61,530 nt of DNA from Catajapyx aquilonaris (Eukaryota), in the NCBI GenBank assembly GCA_000934665.2, contig KZ538571.1, forward strand, positions 1 through 61,530, read 5' to 3'. A model generated the notes under the pieces. That model saw nothing but the letters and a program-made list of their open reading frames with translations. It was not told the origin of the DNA and did not search any database. Below are positions 22,700-34,971 of the stretch, piece by piece. Both the position numbers and the translations under genes were made by a program. Positions within the stretch are counted from its first letter, which is position 1. Each line of letters starts with the position of its first letter.

Positions 22700-25517
22700 T
22701 ATACACACGTGTACAAATTACAGGTGGCTTGTCAAAGCATAAGACTAATTAACTTTTGATTGTCAAATGTCAAGATAGATTACAGTATATTCAAGGCATA
22801 TGCTTTTGACGAGAGCAACCCTCAAACTGAATATCCCATTTCAACTGACCTTATTTGATTAACAATTTCAATTTTAAGCACCTGTTGATAACTACGCTTC
22901 CATTCAATTTTAATGCACAAGTTAATCATTCGGAACCACAACAGCAATTCACATTGAATGTCTAGAAACCTTCATCACATGTGCCCTTGGACTGGGTCTC
23001 AAATATTAATGCACTATTTTGCACTGAAATTAGTCAAATGTCTGCATCCCACTAGACAAGCCTCACACCAGTGCAGTGATCTGATTGTCTAGGGCGAGTG
23101 TTCAGCAGTGATTCCTAATTGATGCAGCCACAAACACTAAGATTGCAGGCCTATGTTTGAATGAACCTGACATATGTCACTTCTACACTAATTTTCCTAA
23201 GTTGCCTTCACATTTCGATCCTTCAGCTCAAACTGTACATGGATAATCCCATTTCCCATCAAGACACGACGAGGCACCAATAAATGACAGCAAGAGAATA
23301 GGACTCACCAATAAGTGCGCGGCAGTGTTGGCATCTGAAGTCACTCGAAGAACCATAATAATTGCGCTGGGGGCAGGCGATGAAATGAGATGACCATACA
23401 TGTCTGTTGTTGGAGTGTCTCAGCCAAATGAGTTGTCCATCGCAGCCTCAGTCACGTCTCCAGAGCAGCACAGATGTTTGAGGCTGCTTCTGCAAAGGGC
23501 GGATTGTATGAGATCAAAAAGTCAGGCAACAAGTTACTAATAAACTATGGAATGGGCTCAGCAGGGTCTCTTAGCAGTAAAAAGTAGGCCTACAATTAGT
23601 ATCAACTAACATTCCACACCTCCAAATTTTCAGGTGAAATGCAAATATTATTTGCTATTTACAGCACTCGAGCAAAGGTAGGCTTGCTTATCAAGTTGGT
23701 CTTCAAAGATAACAATTTTGTATTTTGTTTCATTGCAAAATATTTCGCCATCTTTTTTTACTAACTTATATATTACGTTATAAGCTCATTACACGTATTA
23801 AAAATGAGCAATGTTCGTTGGGGAAAAAGGGATGACCATAATGCAACAGCACTTCGATAAGCTGCATGGATCCAGAATATTATATTACCCTTAATATTCC
23901 GTATTCAGACTCAAAGCACCATTCACTAGTGATCAGGACAGAACAGGCAGTCATTTGGAAAGTTAAGTACTACCGTATCTACTATATACAGGCTAATTAT
24001 TGAACAAAAAAAAACATGTCAACTGATGGGAGGATTTTCCTGATTTGCATGTCCTTCTGCTCAAACTAACAGCACATCCCAATATAACCAATGTTGGGAT
24101 AATTCCCCAACAGAAGCAGGCCACTATTACTGCTGACGCTACATACACAGCATGACTCCAACAAAGCCAACAGCTGAACAGCACAACTACCCCAAGGCTT
24201 GTGACTTGAGAGCTTCATTTTATCAACAGTCGAGAATTTTTGAAACCCATCCCTTGTTGCCCTCACTCGAGTTCAGATTCAGCTGCCATGTTTAATGTCA
24301 CCAGCATGGCTTATGCAGCGCAAAATAATCAAGAGAAATGCTCACCAGATAATAGTGGTTGTCTCCGAAGACCATCGAAATGTTGGATGCTGCGATGAAA
24401 GACCAATGATCATGTAGTCATTGTAGAGGGTGCTGGTGATGCTTACTGCTTAGCGCTGTGAAGGGGGCAGCAGCATGGTAATGTAGACCTGTCAGACCAT
24501 AATCTCAAGGCTGCAGCTGCATAAAAGAAAGCATTTTGTAAAATAACGCACGTCAAACCACAATTACTCTGAGTACATATTTTGATATAATTATTATATC
24601 AATTTCATAATTATTACGAATGTCTGCAGAAGACAGCACAACTGTCATGTGTTCAACTCAGCCCATCAGCCAACAATCGATTCAACTTTAATGTCCCCAA
24701 ACAGAAAATTAGTGCTATAAAATGGTACCATTACATTATTCCTGGTGTTCAAAATTTGAATGGATCCAAGAAACGAACACTATTGCATGAAATATGAAAT
24801 ATTGCTATATTTACAAGCAGGAATTTTGAAGGATATTAAAATTTTGTAAAATATGGCAATATTTGACTGATTTTCTAAATGGCCAACAATTCAGCTTATC
24901 CATATCTGTACCAACATGCATAGCTAACGCCAGGTATAACAATGCAAATTTACCAACCACCTCCATTACATGTCGAGTCGGGTCTTTGGGGGTAAAATGG
25001 CGTACTTAGTGCCTCAAGGGTAGCGCAAGGCCAAAGCAAATTGGGCAATTTTAATCGCAATTTTCCTGTGGGTTTTGACTGAGGCAATATTTGACTGATG
25101 GGTGCTAGGAAGTCATCTCATTCGTCATTTATACCGTAGTCAAGATTGCACTTTTTAAAACCCCTTCCATTCCATTTTGTGCGTGGCATTTAACAGACCA
25201 AGATGCAGTTATGCTATTCAATGGCAGTTTCCCTGCATTTCAATGAGACAAGGTCAGGTGTCATTCGTCCAGCCCCATTTTCCTACACAAATTAATCCAG
25301 TATTTCTAATGGAGCTAGTCGCCAAGCAATCATTGGTTTTACTGCCCATTGCAATATATTGCGTTTTTTGCTTATACTGTTCTTGCTGCAACATGATGTC
25401 TGTTAACTCAGCCTGACCAAATTATTTTATAGCTTAGGGCAATGTTTTTCGTGCCAAATAGAGATTTGAGTAGGCAAGAATCCGATATTATCTGACTTGG
25501 TACAAACTGACCATTAA

Positions 25518-26322
25518 CCCCTTCGGCCCCAGATCGGCCCGAACCACACAGTTTTTGGCTTACGCGTACTCCAAAGATACGGACAAGATATTTTGCAAAT
25601 AATAACAGCTATACTTACGAGATCTGGGAAAACCCTATGAATGTGTCTGGAACCATTTTACTCGTCTAGAAGTCCCTAAATTAATTTACAAAAAAGGGCT
25701 ATAATAACTCGAAATTGGACTACTGCCGCCCAACTTTTAGGCTGATTTGATTATGAAATGCGTGAAAATATGCGGAATAACAACCATGAGAACCATGCCA
25801 GACGAATTTGCTGAAATCGTCGTACTTTGCGAGAAATAAATTAATACTTATTTGCGGCTTTCTGGCACTTCGGAAAACTTCGTAAAACTCCCAAATTTAT
25901 TTGTTTCTCATGAAGTACGACGATTTCAGAAAATTCATCTCATACCGGTACTCATTTAGGAGTTTTCCTAAGTGCCAGAAAGCCGCAAATAAATATTAAT
26001 GTATTTCTCGCAATGTACGACGATTTCAGCAAATTCGTCTGGCATGGTTCTCATGGTTGTTATTCCGCATATTTTCACGCATTTCATAATCAAATCAGCC
26101 TAAAAGTTGGGCGGCAGTAGTCCAATTTCGAGTTATTATAGCCCTTTTTTGTAAATTAATTTAGGGACTTCTAGACGAGTAAAATGGTTCCAGACACATT
26201 CATAGGGTTTTCCCAGATCTCGTAAGTATAGCTGTTATTATTTGCAAAATATCTTGTCCGTATCTTCGGAGTACGCGTAAGCCAAAAACTGTGTGGTTCG
26301 GGCCGATCTGGGGCCGAAGGGG
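25518..26322. mobile_element. Non-autonomous piggyBac-like foldback element, 805 bp, TTAA TSD
   Basis: TTAA|CCCCTTCGGCCCCAGATCGG ... CCGATCTGGGGCCGAAGGGG|TTAA; near-perfect inverted arms of ~360 bp (25518-~25881 / ~25959-26322); no transposase ORF. Confidence 0.92.
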
Positions 26323-27863
26323 TTAATTTCTGCGTGATGTAAACCTGCAAATGACGGATTTTAAATCGCCGCTGTACTAACCATTCATGCATGTCTACGT
26401 GGCTTAACCCGATGTCCAACTTGCCCGGGATGTCCAACTTGACAGAGGACGAGACATCAACCTTCGGTCCACGTACGAAGTGCTGCATCGCTGGTGCCTC
26501 ATTATCCCCTGCAAATAACGGAGCTAATTAAAATATAGCTTTGCACTAAAAAAATTAATAAGTGTCTCTGCCTGTATATAACTTCCCGACTTTTTCGTGG
26601 CTAAATGATTGAACCTGAATAGTAGCGCTTTTGTAGTACACAGCAGCCTTCACCAAGTATAACCCCCATCTAAATGGTGTGCACATACCTGTGTAGGCTA
26701 CTCGTAATGCAGTTGCCTGTACGTAGACCTGACACGTCCGCCTTCTTTGGAGATCAAGATGCAAAGAGGGAGCTGCACCGAGAGCTGCCCACAAGGCCCA
26801 CCCCACTCCGGATATGCTTATCTCCGCATGGTCAAATGCCCGCCAGCCCGGGTACAATAACACACCTCAGCATGACCTGTTGCATTTACGCTTTTGCAAA
26901 GAAGGGGCGGGTTTGCACTATTGCACCTTTCCCTGTCCCCAACACACCTGCCCAGCCGAGGTCAAAGCCGAAAAGATTTTAAAAAAATCAGAGTGGGTAC
27001 CATGGTACCGGGACTTAAAATACTTACAATACTCTTAATATGCGCGTTTAACGTTGTTCATCTGTAAATGTAACGATTCAGTTATTATATGCTCAATTGA
27101 GGCTCAATTAGCTCTACCATGGCCACAATATAATATTATTTTGCTGACGTATTTCACAGCCGACGTCTATTCCGCTATTATTGGTAATCGCCGTTATTTT
27201 GGCATAGCGGCGATTTGTCACTGCCAAGTGATTTTGTCGTCTGATGCGACGTTGCCACACTTACCCAATCTCCACATATGCCATGAACAGGCTTATTACT
27301 GCCTGACGTCGTGTGTAGTACGTTTCTCAGGTGTCAGACACATACATTGCAGGCGTCGAAATGTTCGGAGGAAGCTCCTTCCCTGCCGAATTCCTGGCCG
27401 AAAATCTGGCCCGACCAACCAAAACACTAGAGAAGGAACAGCCAAGGTGACAACGCGGCGGGACCAAACATGGCGCCTAACAAGTCAAACCCTGACTAAT
27501 CGACATGGCAAACAACTAATAATTAACAGGCCCTCTTAATTAATTAACGATCCTACTAACGCACTAACTCGTAAACAGTTAGTGTAATTGTTAACTAATT
27601 ACAACCACTAGGTGACGGATCAAAGATGGATGCCTAATGAACATTTACTTAATTTATCACCCGCGCTTTTTAAAAATCCTACTAATTACATTCCGACGCA
27701 TCTTTAAACACAATTAACGTTAACATGCCACATTTCAGGCGTTAAAAATGCCGCCATCTGTGTTCCGGTCTGGTTAATCACATTTTTTTTTAGTTGATAA
27801 GTGTCTATCAAGTGACAAGAGTGTTGTTGTCACCTTTTTGCATTAATTTTTGCACCCACAAAA

Positions 27864-30800
27864 ATGATGACCAACAACAACAACAACAACAACAACAACG
27901 GTGGTGGCGGTGGGTCCACTTCATCCACCTACTTCAACGACAGGGGTTTCCGAGGGGAGTCGTCCAAGGCGTACGGAGCAGACCCTGCCACCGGGTCCTT
28001 CTTCCACTCAGACTACAAGAAGTACGTAGCACTTACAGTCTGTTAACCGCATGGCAAGTACAACGCTTGGTCGTTGCAGGCATGAAGACTTGAAGCAGAT
28101 GCTGGACAGCAACAAGGACGGGCTCAAGCTGGAGGCGATGAAGCGGATAATTGGGGTAATTAAAACAATGCGGTACAGCATCGCACTTGTTAACTATAAT
28201 AAAAACATTGCGGTACAGCATTACACTTGTTAACTGTAACTTTTTGCAGATGGTGGCGAAAGGAAGAGATGCGTCGGAGCTGTTTCCAGCTGTTGTTAAA
28301 AATGTGGTGTCGAAGAACATCGAGGTTAAGAAACTGGTGTATGTGTACCTAGTACGTTATGCGGAGGAGCAGCAGGATCTGGCGTTACTTTCCATATCGA
28401 CATTCCAGCGTGCGCTCAAGGTAATTGAATCACACACTTTTTTTAATGTCCTGTTAATAATATCGTCTGTTTGTTGCAGGATCCGAACCAGCTGATCCGT
28501 GCCAGTGCCCTCCGTGTGCTGTCCAGCATCCGTGTTCCTGTTATAGTTCCGATTGTGATGCTGGCCATCAAGGACTCGGCATCTGACATGTCTCCGTACG
28601 TCCGCAAAACCGCGGCTCATGCCATTCCGAAGATATACAGCCTGGATCCGGACCAGAAGGAAGAGTTGGTTCACATCATTGAGAAGTTGCTGTCGGACAA
28701 GATGACCCTAGTGGTTGGCTCGGCCGTGATGGCCTTTGAGGAAGTATGTCCAGAGAGGATTGATCTTATCCACAAAAACTACCGGAAGCTCTGCAACTTG
28801 TTAGTCGATGTGGACGAGTGGGGACAGGTTAGTGTTGCTGCTTTTTGGTTACACGCAACGAATGGCTGAGTTGTTCATCTTTCAGGTTCTGATCATCAAC
28901 ATGCTGACTCGTTACGCAAAAACTCAGTTTGATGATCCCAACAAACATGAGGGAGCAGAAGATGGTGAGAACCGTCCGTTCTACGATGAGGAGGAGGAGG
29001 ATGAGCGGGAGGAGAAGAAGTTCATATTGGATCCCGATTACCGTTTGTTGTTGAGGAGTGCCAAGCCTCTGCTTCAGAGTCGGAATGCGGCTGTGGTGAT
29101 GGCCGTTGCGTCGCTCTACCATCATATCGCCCCAAGGTCAGAGGTCAACATCGTGTCCAAGTCGCTTATCCGCCTACTGAGGTCGCACCGAGAAGTGCAG
29201 TCAGTCGTGCTGAACTGCATCGCATCCATTTCTACACAGCGAAAGGTGACTAGTTAACGATATTAACACCACACATGCAATAACACGATCTGTTTATTTC
29301 TATGCTGCCACAGAGTGACGTGAGTAATTTACTAATTTTCTAGCGTTTATGGGTTTTAATTGATATTCCATTTTTAGGGCATGTTTGAGCCCTACTTGAA
29401 GAGCTTCTTTGTGCGAACCAGTGATGCTACCCACATCAAGCTTCTGAAGCTGGAGATAATGACCAACCTAGCCACGGAGACCAACATATCGGTTATCCTG
29501 CGTGAGTTCCAGACCTACATTGCCAGCCAGGACAAGGAGTTTGTGGCTGCAACCATCGAGGCCATCGGACGGTGTGCGTCAAACATCAAGGAGGTCAATG
29601 AAACTTGCCTCACTGGACTTGTTGCCTTGCTGTCCAACCGAGATTGTGAGTTACATGCTGTGCTGGATAAATAGGCTGAAATATAATGACTTAATCTTTT
29701 CAGCAACTGTTGTTGCGGAGAGTGTGGTGGTGGTGAAGAAGCTTCTTCAGACGCAACCGAATGAGCACAAGGACATCATTATCCACTTGGCAAAGCTTAT
29801 TGAAAGCATCACTGTGCCGCAAGCCAGAGCCTCCATACTATGGCTGCTGGGTGAATACTCCGAGCGAGTTCCACGTATCGCTCCGGATGTACTGCGCAAG
29901 ATGGCGAAAGTTTTCATTCACCAGGAAGATCTGGTTAAGCTTCAGATTGTCAATCTGGCTGTCAAACTTTATCTGACCAACCCTGCTCAGACCAAGTTGC
30001 TGGCACAGTATGTCCTTAACCTGGCCAAGTACGACCAAAACTATGATATCCGTGATCGCGTCCGTTTCATGCGGAACCTCCTGTTCCCATCTGCAAACTC
30101 AGAAGGAAGTACTGGTCGGTTGGCTAAACATGCGAAGCGAATTTTTATGGCATCAAAGCCGGCTCCGGTTTTGGAGTCGAAATTCAAAGATCGTGACCAG
30201 TTTCAGCTTGGTTCTATGTCGCACTACATTAATGCGAGGTCCGCAGGATATCAGGATTTGCCAGATTTTCCTGAGGCTCCACCAGATGCTACTGTACGTG
30301 ATGTTGAGTCTGCAGTTGTTTGGGAAGAAGTGCGTGCCATTAAAAAGCAGCAGGCATCCAAAAAGCGTTCGTTTTACTCTGAGTCTGAATCAGCAGATGA
30401 ATCCGAAGATGAATCCAAGTCGGATTCAGATGAGTCTGACTCCGAGACTGCTACAGAAACAAGTGATGAAACCGAGAAGGAAAGCGACTCTAAGGAATCA
30501 AGTGACGAAACTGAATCTGGAGAATCCGATTCGGATTCGGAATCTGAGAGTTCTGAAGAATCAGCCGAAGAACCAGCTGAAGCGCCAGCTTCAAAAACAC
30601 CTACAAAATCCAACCTTGATCTGCTTTTGGAGTTGGATGATGTTCTTCCTCAGTCGATTGCCACTCCAGTCTTGACCCCATCATTGGGTGGTCTTTTAAC
30701 ACCCATGGGGACTGCAGCAATGCCTGGAACCGCAACTGCAACGATAAGATCCGTGAATCCAGCCTTCGTGCCAACAAAAACTCGTGACCTGGTCGACAAA

Positions 30801-31519
30801 GTGTCAGGGAGCGGACTTCAAATACAGCACAGATTCACCCGCTCGCCGCATTTATACTCGCCAAGTATGGTGTCAGTCGAACTGACTTTCGTGAACAACG
30901 GGGAGGAAGATATGTCGGAGGTGAAGGTTGGTCAGAAGCACCTGCGGCCTGAGATGTCCATGCACGAGTTTGCAACCATATCAAAGCTGCCTGCTGGTGC
31001 AACCTTATCTGGAACAATCGGAGTTGACTTTTGCGACACGACCCAGCCGGCATCGTTTGAAATTGTGGCTGGCGGGAGAAGCGTAAGGGTCGAATTGAAA
31101 GCGCCTGTTGGAGAGCAGATCCATCCAGTGTCCATGTCGGAAGCAATTTTCATGCAGGAGCAAGGGAAGTTACGGGGAATGAATGAGAATTGCGCCAATA
31201 TCAAGCTACCAGGCGGAACTGACATGAATGCAGTGTGTCAGCGAGTTTACGAGGCGGCTAACGTTAATCAGGTTCCAGCCGTAGACATTTCGTCAACTCT
31301 CAGGTAAAAATGAATGTGATTGCATAACGGACAGATTAATTTGAACCCTGCACATTTTTTTCCAGATTTTCAGGCCAGACGCTGTCTTCCAAATGCTTGG
31401 TGCTCATAACGGTCCAACTGTCCCAAAATGGTGAAGACTCCCGAGTTGTGGTCAACTGTGAAAAGATGGTCATCTGTTCCATGCTTCTTAACGAGTTGAA
31501 ACAAGCGCTGTCAAAGTGA
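27864..31519 (+). CDS. AP3B: AP-3 complex subunit beta (beta3-adaptin; ruby/AP3B orthologue)
   Basis: Exons 27864-28021, 28080-28155, 28250-28420, 28480-28827, 28886-29245, 29378-29645, 29704-31303, 31366-31519 (TGA). Adaptin trunk motifs ([73 protein letters not shown]), Ser/acidic hinge, clathrin-box-like LLELDD, C-terminal [12 protein letters not shown]. Confidence 0.96.
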
Positions 31520-32939
31520 ATCCGTTATTCATACACTAAATGTTCTTGAGTATGAAACAATACATATATCTACATTGTCCGATTTGCCCTTTCATTTTTT
31601 TCTTTTGCGTACTTGGCCTCGAATCCTCTTTTTTTCCCCCCCCATTCAATTCCTAGACGTTCTGTCACTTTTCTTATCTGGCGCTGAAATCAAATTGACT
31701 CAAAATGTCACATGCTTTCAGCCTTCATAACAAGGAGAGAAGAAATGGAATTTTCTCGCTTTGATGTGTAATCCAATCATGGACAAAAACGGAGTGCCAA
31801 ATATTGGAAACGTGGCAGCATGTAAAAGAGGGGGGGGGCTCTTCCTTTTTTTTCTCTCTCTCTCTCGGCAAAGGACGCACTCAGCTATCGTAATTTTTAT
31901 TTTCAATATTAAAGTACATTTTTGGAAATGAACCTGCCGTACTCGAGCACATGTTTCCTATCGTTGTAAAGTATATCATTATCATTAAGTTTCCTGTTAT
32001 ACAAAAAGCGTGGCTTCGGCCAGATGGGGGAAAAAAAAAAGCACGGCTGCCAGCAAATTATAGATCCGACTCCTGTCTCAAGACAGTTTTTTTTTCTCTT
32101 TTTTTTCTTCTCTTTTTTTTCCCCCCCCCCTCTCTAACACCTCACCACATCTCTTCCTTTTTCGCTCTTTCTTTTGTACCCAGGTCCTCTCAAGCCTATT
32201 ACGGCTTAATTGCCGGCCGCCAGCAGAAGTTTGCGGAGTGTAGTGTCAGAAGAGTAGGCGGTCTCCTGTATTCTGGAGCTTTTCTAAAGCCCCCCCAATC
32301 TGCCTAATTTGCACTTTGCCTTGATGTTATCTCTTAACTTCTTCTTTTTTTTTCTCTTTCTCTCTAACATTTTCTACCTATTGTCCCTTAAGGAATCCCA
32401 GCAGAGTCTTCCTACCATATATATACACTAGACCGCGCACAAATTTTTGCCTCAACCCGCCTTAATTAAAGCCCTGCTTTCACTGATCAGATACCCTAAA
32501 ACACTGGTCGCATGAGGGTTAAAGTCTGGGGTAATCTGATTATCTTTTCGCATTAGCTCGCTGTGTACCTACCGGTTGGTGCAGCGCATCTAAACTTTGC
32601 CCACCCCCGCACTTTTTGGGGACTATCCTCCACGGTTGTTGCAACCAAAGTTTTTTTTATTTTTGTGGCAGACAACTTTTGAGGATGTGTAGTGTCACCA
32701 GGGGAATTTTGAGGAGAAACATAGTGGGTGGTATAACCTGCAGGATATCTCCACATCTTGTGAACGATATGTTATGCAAAGATTAGCAGATATCTTTGGA
32801 CACAGTTAGTCTTTACTAGCACATCATTGATAATGCCAACCCTGCAAGCTGCTCGAGTGTGGGTGCGCACTAGGTTTCGCTCGTTTAAAAAAAATCGCCT
32901 ATAATTTGCTATATAACTTACATACATACGTACTATCGG

Positions 32940-33070
32940 GTTCAAATACTTTTGGCCACTTTATCCTGGTCTTGAAGGCAACCCTTCGCACAGACCCCAC
33001 GTTAAGGAGGTGTGTGTGCGTGCGAAGGGTTGCTTCAAGACCAGAATAAAGTGGCCAAAAGTATTTGAAC
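32940..33070. mobile_element. Short hairpin MITE
   Basis: GTTCAAATACTTTTGGCCACTTTATCCTGGTCTTGAAGGCAACCCTTCGCAC pairs with GTGCGAAGGGTTGCTTCAAGACCAGAATAAAGTGGCCAAAAGTATTTGAAC. Confidence 0.75.
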
Positions 33071-33100
33071 ATGACATATTATTATTATAAAGCGTGTCAT

Positions 33101-33269
33101 ATACAGTATAGGCTATATGCCAACCTTGGCTATAACATACTTTCGCTTATAACAGACTCGAAAGGGCGATCCCTGCATATTTTTTTTTGATGTGGTTTTG
33201 TGTATTCGGCTATAACAGATCGCTTTTCGCGGTCCCTTGCATCAGTCTGTTATATCCGGATTCAACTGA
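33101..33269. mobile_element. Degenerate pogo/Tigger-like MITE
   Basis: Repeated TATAACA motifs, GGTCCC near the right end, terminus GTTATATCCGGATTCAACTG and left TACAGT. Confidence 0.45.
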
Positions 33270-33927
33270 ATAGGCTATATATGTCAGATACCTGTCCACA
33301 GACAGACAGACGGACAGAGCCGCTCTATAAGACTTTTTTGACGAGAAAAAGTCTAAAAAGAATTCAGGCATTAGGTTAACCGGACGATGTTATGCAACAA
33401 TGAGTCAACCCACATGAGACCAGTTTTGAGAAAAGGGGCTTTGAATGCCACCTGTGAAATTAATTCGGTTATGGAGGAAGTATGCAGATTCTACCAGCTT
33501 GATTGTAACTGTTAAATGAAGTACGACGATCCTTTGGGTATATACATTTTTTGTGGGTTGACACATTATTGCATAACACTGTCATACAAAGCTTCGAAGA
33601 CCTCCAATCGGTTATGAAACACCCTGTATACACTCGCATGCAAATAAGGTTGTGGGATTGACGTTTGAGGCATGGCCCAGGCTGGTCCTGCTGGATGCTG
33701 GGGATGATGATGGATGCAGGAGCGAAAAGGGGGGGCATATATATCTGGGCTTGGGATGGGGAGGGGAAGGGAGGGAGGGAGGGAGGGAAAAAAAGGCCCA
33801 CGAGAGATTTCACGCTTCAAAAAATTTGCATATTGGGCCTGCCTGCTCTTTCCCTCTCCAAAATGCAGCAGAGCTCTTTCTATATATACTATACCCAGCA
33901 GAGCACTATAGGTAGCCTATAGTCTTG

Positions 33928-33930
<3 letters not shown>

Positions 33931-33962
<32 letters not shown>
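33931..33962 (+). repeat. (GA)n microsatellite
   Basis: Pure GA dinucleotide run. Confidence 0.95.
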
Positions 33963-33966
<4 letters not shown>

Positions 33967-34880
33967 GCCTGGGCGTTATATACAAATTGGCCTAACCGCC
34001 TGGTGCTTGGCGCCGCCGTCGCCTGTTTAAATTTGCAAACTATGCCTTGGAAGACTCCAATTGCTTTTGCAACTCCTCATTTTCGTTGCTCCTGCTATTT
34101 GCAATTCTTTGAAAATAAAAGGGAGGGCTAATAATTGAATTCCCTCAACGCTCTATTGAATTATTCAAATAAGAGGAGGAGCGACGGGGTGCATTTTGAC
34201 AGGGCCGCCTCAGGAGCAAATGGGGCGGTGGTGGGGGTATATGTATAGTAGAAAATGGTGGATGGTGGGGATGGTGGGGATGGGAGGGGGGGGGGGNNNN
34301 NNNNNNNNNNNNNNNNGGGTGTTGGTCCTGGGAGGGATGCTGCGCTACTGCTGCATGCCACAGCCTTTGGAGGAATCCTAGCGTGGAAACAAGCATTTGC
34401 AGCTCAATTGGGCAACCCCCTCCGTTTTTCACCCCTACCACCCTCTCGCTTTTTTATTTACCCCCCTTTTTTTTACCTCCGCCTCTCTCCGGAGGTGGTG
34501 TTACGCCCGCAAGAAAATTCGGTTCGCAAAAGTTTCCGGACTAAATTCAACCCCACCACCTCTCTTCCCTGTCTGCCTCCCCCATCAACTATGCTAATGA
34601 GCAATATCGAGCTAACATCGTACTTAATGTCGCTCATGCAAATGAAAAGGGGGCCGGGCCATAATCTGGCGCTTCTAGGGCTAGGGAAAGGATGCTGCTG
34701 GAGCATCATATGTACTGTACCGTACATATATTTAAAAAAGAAGCATTCTCATGCCTCTTGCACATGGCAATGATATGCGAAACGACCAATTTTTCTTCAC
34801 ATACAACATATTAGCATTACTGGCAGCGGAGCCCGTTCTTCCATGGACAAACGGACTTTTCCTTGCACACCAGGGGCTGC

Positions 34881-34971
34881 TGGATTCATCAAATGTCGTA
34901 AGTCAAATTTTCGTCGTGATAACCTGTCGTATTACGAAAATTTGACATACGGCATTATTTTGATGAATCCA
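34881..34971. mobile_element. Short inverted-repeat element (MITE remnant)
   Basis: TGGATTCATCAAA...GTCAAATTTTCGT pairs with ACGAAAATTTGAC...TTTGATGAATCCA. Confidence 0.55.

Noticed and set aside
34277..34320. G-run and N gap; ORFs spanning the gaps here and at 39262-39432
   Set aside because: These are assembly gaps at low-complexity sequence, so the ORFs are artefacts.
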